Shown here in pieces: positions 17,689 to 26,325 of a DNA stretch of 64,000 nucleotides. Location of the stretch: the IMG/VR virus record IMGVR_UViG_3300049044_000033, positions 32,001 through 96,000 of that record; one strand, given 5' to 3'. Under the pieces are notes generated by a model that saw only the letters and a program-made list of their open reading frames with translations, was not told the DNA's origin and did not search any database. This stretch comes from a virus (lineage: Duplodnaviria; Heunggongvirae; Uroviricota; Caudoviricetes). The translations under genes were made by a program, and so were the position numbers. The stretch's first letter is position 1. Each line of letters starts with the position of its first letter.

Positions 17689-18909
17689 ATGGCAGTATTT
17701 AATTTTACAGTAAGGGCGACTGACAGCGAAGGTTCTTATGCCGACCGTCAGTTCAATATCACTGTTCGTAACTCGCGCGTCGAGCGTTTCATGGCAGTCA
17801 CCTCTACCGATGCGTGGACTTCACCCGATGGTACTACTTGGACACAAAGAAACGGCCAGAGTGGATTTACTTGTGCGTATGGTAATGGTTTCTGGCTAAT
17901 CCTTAAATCTCAAGCGACTGGAACATCGGCTCTAAAGTCAACTGATGGTATTAACTATTCGGCCATTTTACCGGCAAACCAGACGTTTGTTGACGAAACT
18001 GGCACTGCAATCACCGGTCTTACCAATGGTCCAATCTTTACTGCGTTGTCACTTGCCCGTCTGCGTTTTTGGAATGGACGATTCTGGATTGTCACAACAA
18101 ATGGTAGTAATCAGTCTGGTACTTCTGCCACTATGTTTTATGACTTATGGTCCACTGCTGATGGTATCACTTGGAGAAGAAATAGACTTCTCACACTCTC
18201 ATCTGGTGCTTTAAATACTCCTCCTGTTCCATATTTGGTAACAATGTATGAAGACAATGGAACATTCTTTATTCCATTCTCCTGTAGTTATAACACTCCT
18301 GTTCCTGCAGCTGGAAATAACTGGTGCTATGGTTGGTCAACTACGGATGGTACAACCTTTACTCAGATCCGAGATACTACAGTAACGTCTTCAACTTCGT
18401 CGACCTTTTACGGAGCATCTATTCTTAACCGAATTAACGGTGTCTATTTCGTTATGCCTACCACTACTGGAGGCTCAACTAACTGGACACAGACAACATT
18501 TAGGTATTCAACTGATGGTCTGAACTGGACTACATCGACATTCAATGCTAATGCTGGAACCAACGCTCCATTGAATTTTGTTTATGCAAATGGCCAAGTT
18601 TATTCATTCACACAAAAACAATCATCAGGTGTTGGTTCTACTGCAAATTACTTTACGTCGTCGGACGGCGTGACCTGGAATATGACTGAATTCAAATCAT
18701 TTAATACCACTGCTGGTGTTATCCACCACTCGGTTTATAAGAACGGTGTGTTCTTAATGGCAGGGTCTGTTGCTACTGGCACAGACACTAACAACTCTAC
18801 GTTGTCTGTTCCTAATAATGGTTTGCGTGTCTCCGTTGATGGTTCGACTTGGACAAGCGTTAATGTTGGTTCTGGAACTATCAACTATGCAGACGTTGCT
18901 GCAATGTAA
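17689..18909 (+). CDS. putative receptor-binding head B2 (Asp-box/BNR-like beta-propeller)
   Basis: Same repeat motifs; first ~70 aa nearly identical to B1, remainder divergent; both end Y.DVAAM. Confidence 0.7.
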   Translation: MAVFNFTVRATDSEGSYADRQFNITVRNSRVERFMAVTSTDAWTSPDGTTWTQRNGQSGFTCAYGNGFWLILKSQATGTSALKSTDGINYSAILPANQTFVDETGTAITGLTNGPIFTALSLARLRFWNGRFWIVTTNGSNQSGTSATMFYDLWSTADGITWRRNRLLTLSSGALNTPPVPYLVTMYEDNGTFFIPFSCSYNTPVPAAGNNWCYGWSTTDGTTFTQIRDTTVTSSTSSTFYGASILNRINGVYFVMPTTTGGSTNWTQTTFRYSTDGLNWTTSTFNANAGTNAPLNFVYANGQVYSFTQKQSSGVGSTANYFTSSDGVTWNMTEFKSFNTTAGVIHHSVYKNGVFLMAGSVATGTDTNNSTLSVPNNGLRVSVDGSTWTSVNVGSGTINYADVAAM

Positions 18910-18919
18910 TTGATATGAT

Positions 18920-18946
18920 TATGGCCCGGACAATGTCCGGGCCATA
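18920..18946. terminator. hairpin between convergent transcription units
   Basis: TATGGCCCGGAC-AAT-GTCCGGGCCATA perfect inverted repeat. Confidence 0.7.
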
Positions 18947-19016
18947 TGGTTCCCTAAGTGGTTTTCTTAGAGCTAAATCAAACCCTCAGCAGCCCTGACA
19001 CCCTAGTGTCCCTACC

Positions 19017-19655
19017 TTACGCTGCTGGCTCCCTACGGGCTTCTTCCAATTCGCTAATGAGAACAATCCGCTCAGTAGACGAGAAGTCTGAGTTAGAGAG
19101 CTTAAACATCATCGCATCATTGGCGTTAAGGAAGAAGAACGATGCGTTCCAATCAGTGTTGGCCCGGTAATCACCTTCCCTACCCTCAAAATATTCCTGA
19201 CACCATAGATTCATCTTGTTGATGTGGGAGGAATCATACTGACCTCTTTGGGTCTTGAGCTTGGCTCGAACCGCAAAGCGGTATTTGTCATAGAAGAGTT
19301 TCTTCCTCGTGATGACCTTTTCCTTCTCCAACATCTCAGAATGTTGGCTATCGAGCGGCTTCTCATACTCAACGAGGTATTGCTCGCCTATCGTCGACTT
19401 TATGTGATCAAAGATCTCGGGATCAGAAAAGAATAAGGTATAATAGGTACGCTCGGCCGCCCAACGGTTAACCACCCACGCCCATTTGTCGCTCTCTGTG
19501 CCTCTGTAATCTGCCTTGTTGAACTTCTGAGCCAATACCCATTTGATCACATCAGGAGTGGGCTTCTTATCATCGTCCTTGGTAGATTGACAGTCTACTA
19601 CCAAGCGGTGATTGAACTTCTTGTAATAGATCTTACGGGTGACCAGTTCTTTCAT
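19017..19655 (-). CDS. two-domain LFKL-family-related protein
   Basis: FFFLNANDAMMFKLS motif; GGAGG SD before ATG 19655. Confidence 0.75.
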   Translation of the reverse strand: MKELVTRKIYYKKFNHRLVVDCQSTKDDDKKPTPDVIKWVLAQKFNKADYRGTESDKWAWVVNRWAAERTYYTLFFSDPEIFDHIKSTIGEQYLVEYEKPLDSQHSEMLEKEKVITRKKLFYDKYRFAVRAKLKTQRGQYDSSHINKMNLWCQEYFEGREGDYRANTDWNASFFFLNANDAMMFKLSNSDFSSTERIVLISELEEARREPAA

Positions 19656-19663
19656 TAACCCTC

Positions 19664-19930
19664 CTAGCAACTCAGCTTGATTGTCATTGCGTCTCGATCT
19701 GTTTTTGCGACGACAATCACCTGCAGCATGGAGGTGGTTACTTGATTTCCCTTTGTCTCGTAGGTTGGATACCAGACTACCTTGCCCTCAAACGACATGG
19801 AATCAAACCAAGCTTTGAAGGAGTCTAGGTCTTCGCCTTCCTCAAAATAGATGTAGAAGGTATGACCCGGCTGATCCTTAAGCCTTGGGTGATGATGACT
19901 CACAGGAGAGAAATGGAGGAAAATCTTCAT
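19664..19930 (-). CDS. LFKL-family small protein
   Basis: C-terminus KTDRDAMTIKLSC. Confidence 0.75.
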   Translation of the reverse strand: MKIFLHFSPVSHHHPRLKDQPGHTFYIYFEEGEDLDSFKAWFDSMSFEGKVVWYPTYETKGNQVTTSMLQVIVVAKTDRDAMTIKLSC

Positions 19931-19965
19931 GCGCCCACCATAATGGCAGGGCAGTCATGTTGTCA

Positions 19966-20205
19966 TTATTCGTGCGACAACCTACAGCGCATCGCGTCTT
20001 TTTTGTTGAGGAAATGATAAGAATTGGTCAGAGTGGTTTCATTCAAGAGGGCAGCGGCACCTACATTATAGGTTAGGTGTTCTAAATTATCTTTACACCA
20101 AACTACCACATTGGTAAGTTCTACCACACTCCCGTGATAGACGAGCACAAATGGCAAGGGATAGCTAGGATTGCCCGTAAAGTCGTGGAAATACTTGAGC
20201 TTCAC
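19966..20205 (-). CDS. LFKL-family small protein
   Basis: WCKDNL...FLNKKDAMRCRLSHE. Confidence 0.75.
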   Translation of the reverse strand: MKLKYFHDFTGNPSYPLPFVLVYHGSVVELTNVVVWCKDNLEHLTYNVGAAALLNETTLTNSYHFLNKKDAMRCRLSHE

Positions 20206-20471
20206 AACATCACCAACTTGAAGCGCATCGCATCATTCTTGGACTTGAATCCAAACTTCTGAACCATCAAAGCGGTTCCATTCTTAATGGCTTTAATTTT
20301 GCTGCTGAATGTACCGTCGCCTGGGATTATCTCAGGATATTCAGCTTTGTTATAGATTACAAACATGGTTTTATTCTGATCTACCCACCGACAGCACTGG
20401 CCAAGTTCAGTCTCAGTGCCTTCGACGTAGAACCAAGTCAAGTCGGTTTGGATGGTGTTTGTGATCTTCAT
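20202..20471 (-). CDS. LFKL-family small protein
   Basis: FKSKNDAMRFKLVML. Confidence 0.8.
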   Translation of the reverse strand: MKITNTIQTDLTWFYVEGTETELGQCCRWVDQNKTMFVIYNKAEYPEIIPGDGTFSSKIKAIKNGTALMVQKFGFKSKNDAMRFKLVML

Positions 20472-20719
20472 TCCACACTCAACTTAAACATGAGGGCATC
20501 CTGTTTATTGGAGAAGGTCAAGACGCAATAGTGAAGATCTCCGGTATTCTCTCCCAAGTCCCAACAGATGGGTCCCGGAGTCATACCTGTGGGAAAGCGA
20601 TCTCGCGCTTGGGAGACGATCATTCGAATAACAGAAGGAACACCTGATACCCACACGGAAGTCTGACCCTTATCAGGCCAGTCCTCCTTTGCTTTGAGGT
20701 GGTAATCTGCTAGTCGCAA
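20468..20719 (-). CDS. LFKL-family small protein
   Basis: FSNKQDALMFKLSVE. Confidence 0.75.
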   Translation of the reverse strand: MRLADYHLKAKEDWPDKGQTSVWVSGVPSVIRMIVSQARDRFPTGMTPGPICWDLGENTGDLHYCVLTFSNKQDALMFKLSVE

Positions 20720-21021
20720 CCGCCGCCTCCACTATCTCCCCCGCTGCTTCCTCCATCACTAGAAGAACTCGAGTCACACGAGGAACTAGAATCGTAAGAG
20801 GAACTTGAATCAAATATCGAGGAATACCCTGAATCATAAGAAGGCGTCCAGCTGTCATTGCTGCGACTGTGGGAATAGCTTGAACGTTGTGAAACCCTCA
20901 GGGTATCGTTCATCACAATCTGTCGTGCCTTGGCACGATCCTCAGGTGAATGAACGGACTTCCTAGTCTCTTGGACTACGGGCTTGGACTTGCTAAAAAG
21001 GCGTTTAATCAGTTTAATCAT
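20710..21021 (-). CDS. hypothetical protein with Ser/Gly-rich tail
   Basis: SSYDSSSSCDSSSSSDGGSSGGDSGGGGCD tail, a common phage small-protein type. Confidence 0.75.
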   Translation of the reverse strand: MIKLIKRLFSKSKPVVQETRKSVHSPEDRAKARQIVMNDTLRVSQRSSYSHSRSNDSWTPSYDSGYSSIFDSSSSYDSSSSCDSSSSSDGGSSGGDSGGGGCD

Positions 21022-21062
21022 ACCTAATGCTAAAACGCCTTTTGCCCGATGTCAACAAAAGG

Positions 21063-21554
21063 TTAGATCGAGTGGGGCAGTTCGTGGGTATAGATCACGA
21101 TACCTTCGCCGTAGGGCTCACCATCTTCCAAGATCTTAAACTTTGCGTGGGGCAAAGTTGTCTTGACAGTGAAGCCATCTTCGAAGTCAGTTTCGATGAA
21201 TGGAAGGTGCTTTGCGAGCTTGGCAAAATAGGGACAGTCTTGTCCCTCATGACAATCACTCTCAGGGATTCCAGTCTTAGTCAGACGAATTACCCCGTGA
21301 CCAGTCTCGTCACTGAAGGCTCCACGGAATTCAGTCAGATCATCCGAGTAACCAAAGATGGCGAGCAAGTTATTCTCTTTGAGAACCTTCTCAAAACCCT
21401 CCGGTAATTCGTCGCCATACTCGCGACCATTCAGTTCCTTAGCAGCTTCCTGAATAGTCATACCAATTTCAATCATACATAATCCCTTAATGTCGAGAAC
21501 CCGCAAGGCACGCTCTCGAATATTTGCTTTCAGTTCTGCTGCCGTCTTAGACAT
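21063..21554 (-). CDS. conserved phage hypothetical protein
   Basis: AKELNGREYG...FGYSDDLTEFRGA motif; start uncertain (21554 or 21476). Confidence 0.7.
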   Translation of the reverse strand: MSKTAAELKANIRERALRVLDIKGLCMIEIGMTIQEAAKELNGREYGDELPEGFEKVLKENNLLAIFGYSDDLTEFRGAFSDETGHGVIRLTKTGIPESDCHEGQDCPYFAKLAKHLPFIETDFEDGFTVKTTLPHAKFKILEDGEPYGEGIVIYTHELPHSI

Positions 21555-21834
21555 TGAACATGAGTGCGAGCACACTCTGAGGCACAAAGTCCATAACCTT
21601 GAAGCCTGCGTTCTGACTCAACCAGATTGGCCATATCAATGAGATAAAGGCCATGCCGAACCAAGTTGTGGCCGAAAGCATGAACTTAAACGGCAAAGCG
21701 AGACCGAAGAAGCCAGTTGCCAAGTAGGAGAGTCCTGCGAGTTTAAACTGCTTAGTCACTAAGCCGAAGATCAAGAAGATCACTGCCAATACTGCGAGTG
21801 ACCAGCAGAGAATTAGGGTTGACCAAGTGAGCAT
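21547..21834 (-). CDS. membrane protein
   Basis: About 3 hydrophobic segments; tight operon packing. Confidence 0.7.
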   Translation of the reverse strand: MLTWSTLILCWSLAVLAVIFLIFGLVTKQFKLAGLSYLATGFFGLALPFKFMLSATTWFGMAFISLIWPIWLSQNAGFKVMDFVPQSVLALMFNV

Positions 21835-22040
21835 TAGTCTCTTCCAAATAGGCTAGCAAAGAAGCCGCGGTTTTCTAAGCGATCCTGCTTCATACGCCGG
21901 TCGTCAGCATAACAGTTGCAGGTCTGTGTGTTGTGGCTTAGCCATCCCATGCAGGGTGCGACAGGCTGTCTAAGGGGAAAGCCCATCTCTCCTACGCGAG
22001 GCTTGGAGGTCTTCTGACCGGGATATTCGTAACCAGGCAT
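21834..22040 (-). CDS. hypothetical protein
   Basis: TAATG overlaps on both sides; start corrected to MPGYEY. Confidence 0.6.
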   Translation of the reverse strand: MPGYEYPGQKTSKPRVGEMGFPLRQPVAPCMGWLSHNTQTCNCYADDRRMKQDRLENRGFFASLFGRD

Positions 22041-22246
22041 TATACCTTCACCCCTTTCTTCTTCATTATTCGTCCATTTGGGCAGATACACAAAGCCCTT
22101 CCGCCACATTCAAAGCCAGCCGGTGTAAAGACTTTCCCAATTGTGTCAATTACACCAGTATTACCGCAAATCATACAGTGACCTTTTGGCGTAAATTCCT
22201 CTACCCAGAGATCAGCCATTTGATTTTTAGTAATAGGACGAGGCAT
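22040..22246 (-). CDS. small Zn-finger protein
   Basis: CMICGNTG...CICPNG. Confidence 0.7.
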   Translation of the reverse strand: MPRPITKNQMADLWVEEFTPKGHCMICGNTGVIDTIGKVFTPAGFECGGRALCICPNGRIMKKKGVKV

Positions 22247-22605
22247 TACTTTGACCTCGCAATAGTAGCGGCTTCATTGGGGTGCCAACCCGTTGATGGA
22301 TTGAAGTTTGAGAATGTGACTGGGGGACCACTGTTAATCCTCCATTCAGTATCATATAGACCATCCGAAACCCTACCGTTCGGTCTAAGAGCACAATTCC
22401 GGTCAACATGATTGCCGAATTTCACATAAGGATCGCCCCAAGCATCATATAGAACCTCCCGTGTCTTGTAGATCACAGGGGTCTCGAGACGACGAATATC
22501 TACAATCGTCGTCTCGCGCTTTGCTGGCTTTATTGGTGCTGCCTGAACCAGTACCAAAGATTGTTCCTTACTCGGAAACAAACTACGAAGAAACTTAAAC
22601 ATCAT
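22246..22605 (-). CDS. hypothetical protein
   Basis: Operon packing, TAATG overlap. Confidence 0.65.
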   Translation of the reverse strand: MMFKFLRSLFPSKEQSLVLVQAAPIKPAKRETTIVDIRRLETPVIYKTREVLYDAWGDPYVKFGNHVDRNCALRPNGRVSDGLYDTEWRINSGPPVTFSNFNPSTGWHPNEAATIARSK

Positions 22606-22611
22606 AATCCT

Positions 22612-24669
22612 TTACTTGGCAGGAAGCCAGCCCTTGCTCTTCAGCAGAGGTTCGACTTCCTCCCAGAGGTTCTGACTCGAGTAACTGAAGCCTGTCTCCG
22701 GGTCAACACCTGACTTCTTGTTGATCATCTGAATGTTTTCATCGTCATTCCAGTCGCCACCCAAGTCTTGGAAGAGTTCATCAAAGACTGCGCCTGGAAT
22801 ATCAATATTCTGGATGATCTCGAACTTGTCATTCAAGTAACCCATCTGGACGAGAATACCGGTAAACTCTACACGGTAGAACTTGTAACCAAGTCCAATG
22901 ATTCGAGCGTGACGGGGACGGAAACGATCCGACCACTGGATTGCACCCGGTCCATGCTGCTGAAAGTGATCCCAAACCGCACCACAGAACTCAGGCCATT
23001 CCTCGCCCGAATCGTAGTGGATCCAGAATGAATCAGCAGGGACCTCGTCTTCATCCTTAGCAACGGTTCCGGACGTCACTGGTGCGAAACTTCCACTACC
23101 AGTAATCGGACTCTTCATCATCGGCCGAGGTGCGTTAGCGGGCTTCGCAGGGGCAGGAACCTTGCTGGTTTGAATGCTCGGCGGAATTACCTGAACGGGC
23201 GGAGGAGCATACTCAGGGACCTCCAAGTCGTAAGGAGTGGGATAATTGCTCTCATCCTCGTTGACTACGAAGCCACCCTCTTCCTCATCAAAGTCATCAA
23301 ATTTGCTAGATGCAATCTTGTTGAGCTCTTCAGCAACCCGAACGTCATCCATGCCGAAGAAGTTGGGGAAAGCCAAGCCTGAGCCGTTGTCATAGTGCTC
23401 ATAAAGCAACCACAAGCCATGGCTACGTTCCAACTCAATTTCGCCGTCATGTTGGAGAATGTAGAACTCGTTGTTCCACTTATCCTTGATCTCGTCCCAG
23501 TCTTCCCAGCGAGTATTCTCTTGTTCCAGACCGAGGACGCCACGTTGACGAGCCTTTTCTAGTGCTTCCTGAACCTCTAGCAACTGACCAGAGAGCTCTG
23601 GATAGGCAGAGTTAGCCGCACCAGCAGGGATGGGATTGTGTTGATGCTGGACCTGCACCGTTTGAGGATTCGCAATAGCGTCCATGTTTGCTTTGTGCTG
23701 CTCACGCGTCACATCATAAACGTCGTAGGAATCTTGGAAGAGATCCTTGTAGGGTTTGTAGTCGACTTGGAAGCCTGCATTCAAGAGGAACTCATAGGCT
23801 TCTACCATCCCAAGACCATTAGTTTCGTAGCTCTGTTCCGAGGTTTCGAACCAATCATTAGGGAGGAGATGATGGACCAAAGGAGCGACACACTGGTCAA
23901 AAGCCGTATCGGCACAGAACGCAAGGAAGGGCGTGATCTGAACCAAGATGTCACCGTCGTCATCGACCACACAAGCGAGGAAGTCATTGGCCTTCGCTGA
24001 ACCATCATCCTTCAGACCAGTGTCGTAGTAGCCGCCGAGGGAATGTGACGGCGTAATGGGCGCCTGAGGGGCTGACTGAGCTATCTGAGGTGCTGCGTTC
24101 CAATTAGGATCAAGTGCAGGGAAGGGCGGCAAAGGATTGGAGGCGACCAACTGCGACTTTCCCGACGACATTTGAGTTGTGATTGACCGATTGAGGAAAT
24201 CAGTCAGTGACGGATCGTGGAGGAAACCATGCTTCTTCAGAAGAATGTGGGTAGACAGTTCATCGTAGCCATCGACCACGAAAGCATTCTCCATCACTTC
24301 GTCCAAGACGCCGTCTGGAATGAGGAAGATAGTTTCGATGAGATTGGCTTGATGCTGGTCATAAATGTGACCGCAGCGATTCCACCGATCAAGCGGTTCA
24401 AAGACGACGCTCAATCCTTCAGGATGAGGTCCAGTATCGTCATCAGCTTTGTGGTAACCATAAACCCACTGACCGATTTCGCAAACTTCTGCGTCCTCGT
24501 CATCGCCGATCGTCAAGACAGAGCGATTGAGTTTGGCGTTGTGAAACTCTCGGATATTCTGCCCGTCGAGTTTGAACTTCCTAACTCGCTTCCAGTCCTT
24601 CTCAGTGGACTGAACGTTGGTGCAATCGAAATAATGAACGATTGTCTCTTTGATTTCATCGCTTGCCAT
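22612..24669 (-). CDS. large acidic multidomain hypothetical protein
   Basis: 685-aa ORF, AGGAG SD, Pro-rich linkers and an internal repeat. Confidence 0.8.
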   Translation of the reverse strand: MASDEIKETIVHYFDCTNVQSTEKDWKRVRKFKLDGQNIREFHNAKLNRSVLTIGDDEDAEVCEIGQWVYGYHKADDDTGPHPEGLSVVFEPLDRWNRCGHIYDQHQANLIETIFLIPDGVLDEVMENAFVVDGYDELSTHILLKKHGFLHDPSLTDFLNRSITTQMSSGKSQLVASNPLPPFPALDPNWNAAPQIAQSAPQAPITPSHSLGGYYDTGLKDDGSAKANDFLACVVDDDGDILVQITPFLAFCADTAFDQCVAPLVHHLLPNDWFETSEQSYETNGLGMVEAYEFLLNAGFQVDYKPYKDLFQDSYDVYDVTREQHKANMDAIANPQTVQVQHQHNPIPAGAANSAYPELSGQLLEVQEALEKARQRGVLGLEQENTRWEDWDEIKDKWNNEFYILQHDGEIELERSHGLWLLYEHYDNGSGLAFPNFFGMDDVRVAEELNKIASSKFDDFDEEEGGFVVNEDESNYPTPYDLEVPEYAPPPVQVIPPSIQTSKVPAPAKPANAPRPMMKSPITGSGSFAPVTSGTVAKDEDEVPADSFWIHYDSGEEWPEFCGAVWDHFQQHGPGAIQWSDRFRPRHARIIGLGYKFYRVEFTGILVQMGYLNDKFEIIQNIDIPGAVFDELFQDLGGDWNDDENIQMINKKSGVDPETGFSYSSQNLWEEVEPLLKSKGWLPAK

Positions 24670-24719
24670 ATAGACTCCTTTGCTCGACCACTAACATGGT
24701 TTAACAAAAGAGCAAGAGC

Positions 24720-24983
24720 TTAGGAGTAGATTAATTGTACCTGGATGGCTTCTTTCCGTTCAAGCCAAACAGTTAAGGCCCATTTAGTAAGACCCGAAGT
24801 GCTCCACTGAACTTCGCTCCATTGGCAGTACGACTGGGGAAATCGTCTTGACAGGTCTTGCTCTAGGAGCAAGATGTCTGCAAAGTCACCATGGAATATT
24901 GAGAAATAGGGCTTTTCAGCTTCTTCGAAGCCCCAATCCTCTGGATCAAACTTACCAACAACTATGAGGCTAACCTCAGTCAT
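24720..24983 (-). CDS. hypothetical protein (possible divergent LFKL-family member)
   Basis: C-terminus WLERKEAIQVQLIYS; ATGA overlap. Confidence 0.6.
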   Translation of the reverse strand: MTEVSLIVVGKFDPEDWGFEEAEKPYFSIFHGDFADILLLEQDLSRRFPQSYCQWSEVQWSTSGLTKWALTVWLERKEAIQVQLIYS

Positions 24984-25786
24984 ACCTTGCTGTTCTTGCC
25001 TTGCTTCCTAAATGACCATTTGTCCATTCCATGCTTGGCTAGCTTGATCTTGTCATCAGTGATCTCAACCGTGTTGGGGCCTTTACTCGATAGAGTTCCA
25101 CCTACCCACATGGACAGTTCCTGAAAGGCAGTCACCGGGTCAACAGCAGACTGGAAACCAATCGACTTGAGACCATCGCAATTGATCCGCCAACCGGAGT
25201 CTAAGGCTTTGTAATCATCGGAATTGTAAGGGCCATTTGAATGAACTTCAGGCTCTTTCTTCCACGCGATTGCGATACCCATTTCGATATGGGTTTGAAT
25301 GCGAGAATCTGAGCCAATCTCACCTACCTTGAATAAATCCTCAAGAGTTTTATGTCCATATTGGCCCGGTGAAGCAATAAGATTCTTCTCTGCTGCCCAC
25401 TTCTCTAGACGACTTGCGGTCCAGAAGTTGACAACTTCCTTTTCTAGATAGTTTCGTCCGTCTCTGATCCTGACTGTGAAACCTTTGTAGACTTTGCCAC
25501 AGAACAGAACGGCATGACCCTCTATTGTGTATTCGTCGCCGTAGAGTTTATCGTTCTTGTCCCACATGGTTCGGTAACTGGAAACCGAGGGACAACGCCA
25601 TCCTTTTGGTGGATCTTGTGGCTTTTCGATATTCTCAGAAAGAGTAAGGATAGAAGCGCTCCAGGTCCCCATCTTCTCGGCGTCGCCTCGGGTTACAACG
25701 CGATTGTCCCGCACGAATGTGATACCTGGGTCAATACCGTAGGCGGATGCGCTGTCGTAGTAATCTTTGCCGCCAACGATTCTCAT
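24980..25786 (-). CDS. conserved phage hypothetical protein
   Basis: KDYYDS N-terminal and AFQEL...HGMDKWSFRK C-terminal motifs; ATGA overlaps. Confidence 0.75.
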   Translation of the reverse strand: MRIVGGKDYYDSASAYGIDPGITFVRDNRVVTRGDAEKMGTWSASILTLSENIEKPQDPPKGWRCPSVSSYRTMWDKNDKLYGDEYTIEGHAVLFCGKVYKGFTVRIRDGRNYLEKEVVNFWTASRLEKWAAEKNLIASPGQYGHKTLEDLFKVGEIGSDSRIQTHIEMGIAIAWKKEPEVHSNGPYNSDDYKALDSGWRINCDGLKSIGFQSAVDPVTAFQELSMWVGGTLSSKGPNTVEITDDKIKLAKHGMDKWSFRKQGKNSKV

Positions 25787-26325
25787 AGACCCTCCGAGAG
25801 TTCCAAATACCTAGCCTCAGAAATACCTAAAGTATTGAGCCAATACTTGAAGTAGAAGTCCAGTTCAAGACTATTCGCATGAGTATCTTTGTGGTAGCGA
25901 AGGAAGTCTTTGCGGTTCTGGACCTTATCTGCGACCAACATTTCATTCACAGCCTTCAGTGGACTGAGCTTGATCATATGCGCGGGATAGATGTCCCAAC
26001 GTGGATTCCCTGAGGTACCACCTACTTGCTCCTTGACGATCTTTGGAGACAAGAAGCCATTCGCAATGTTGCGATATTCCATCGCGTAGAGGACGACCAA
26101 GGGATGGAGGTCATCACACTCAAAGAAGTTCCGCTCTAGATCAGGATTAGCTTGGAAGAGTGGATGAACCGCGTAAGCTTCCATGACCACTTCATCCGAG
26201 CCGTAACGACGCAGAATCTCAATACCCTGATCGATGTGATCGATCAAAAGAACTTGGGAACGTTCAGCACGACGATCACCGTAGAAACGCTTGATCTTCT
26301 GGTAGCCGAGAGTTTCAGTAATCAT
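25783..26325 (-). CDS. HD-domain-like protein (HD replaced by HP)
   Basis: HIDQG...AYAVHP...MLVADKVQN spacing resembles RelA/SpoT-type hydrolase HD domains. Confidence 0.45.
   Translation of the reverse strand: MITETLGYQKIKRFYGDRRAERSQVLLIDHIDQGIEILRRYGSDEVVMEAYAVHPLFQANPDLERNFFECDDLHPLVVLYAMEYRNIANGFLSPKIVKEQVGGTSGNPRWDIYPAHMIKLSPLKAVNEMLVADKVQNRKDFLRYHKDTHANSLELDFYFKYWLNTLGISEARYLELSEGL

Noticed and set aside
15176-18909. Diversity-generating retroelement acting on the B1/B2 heads
   Set aside because: No reverse transcriptase and no adenine-specific TR/VR repeat pair seen; divergence includes many indels.
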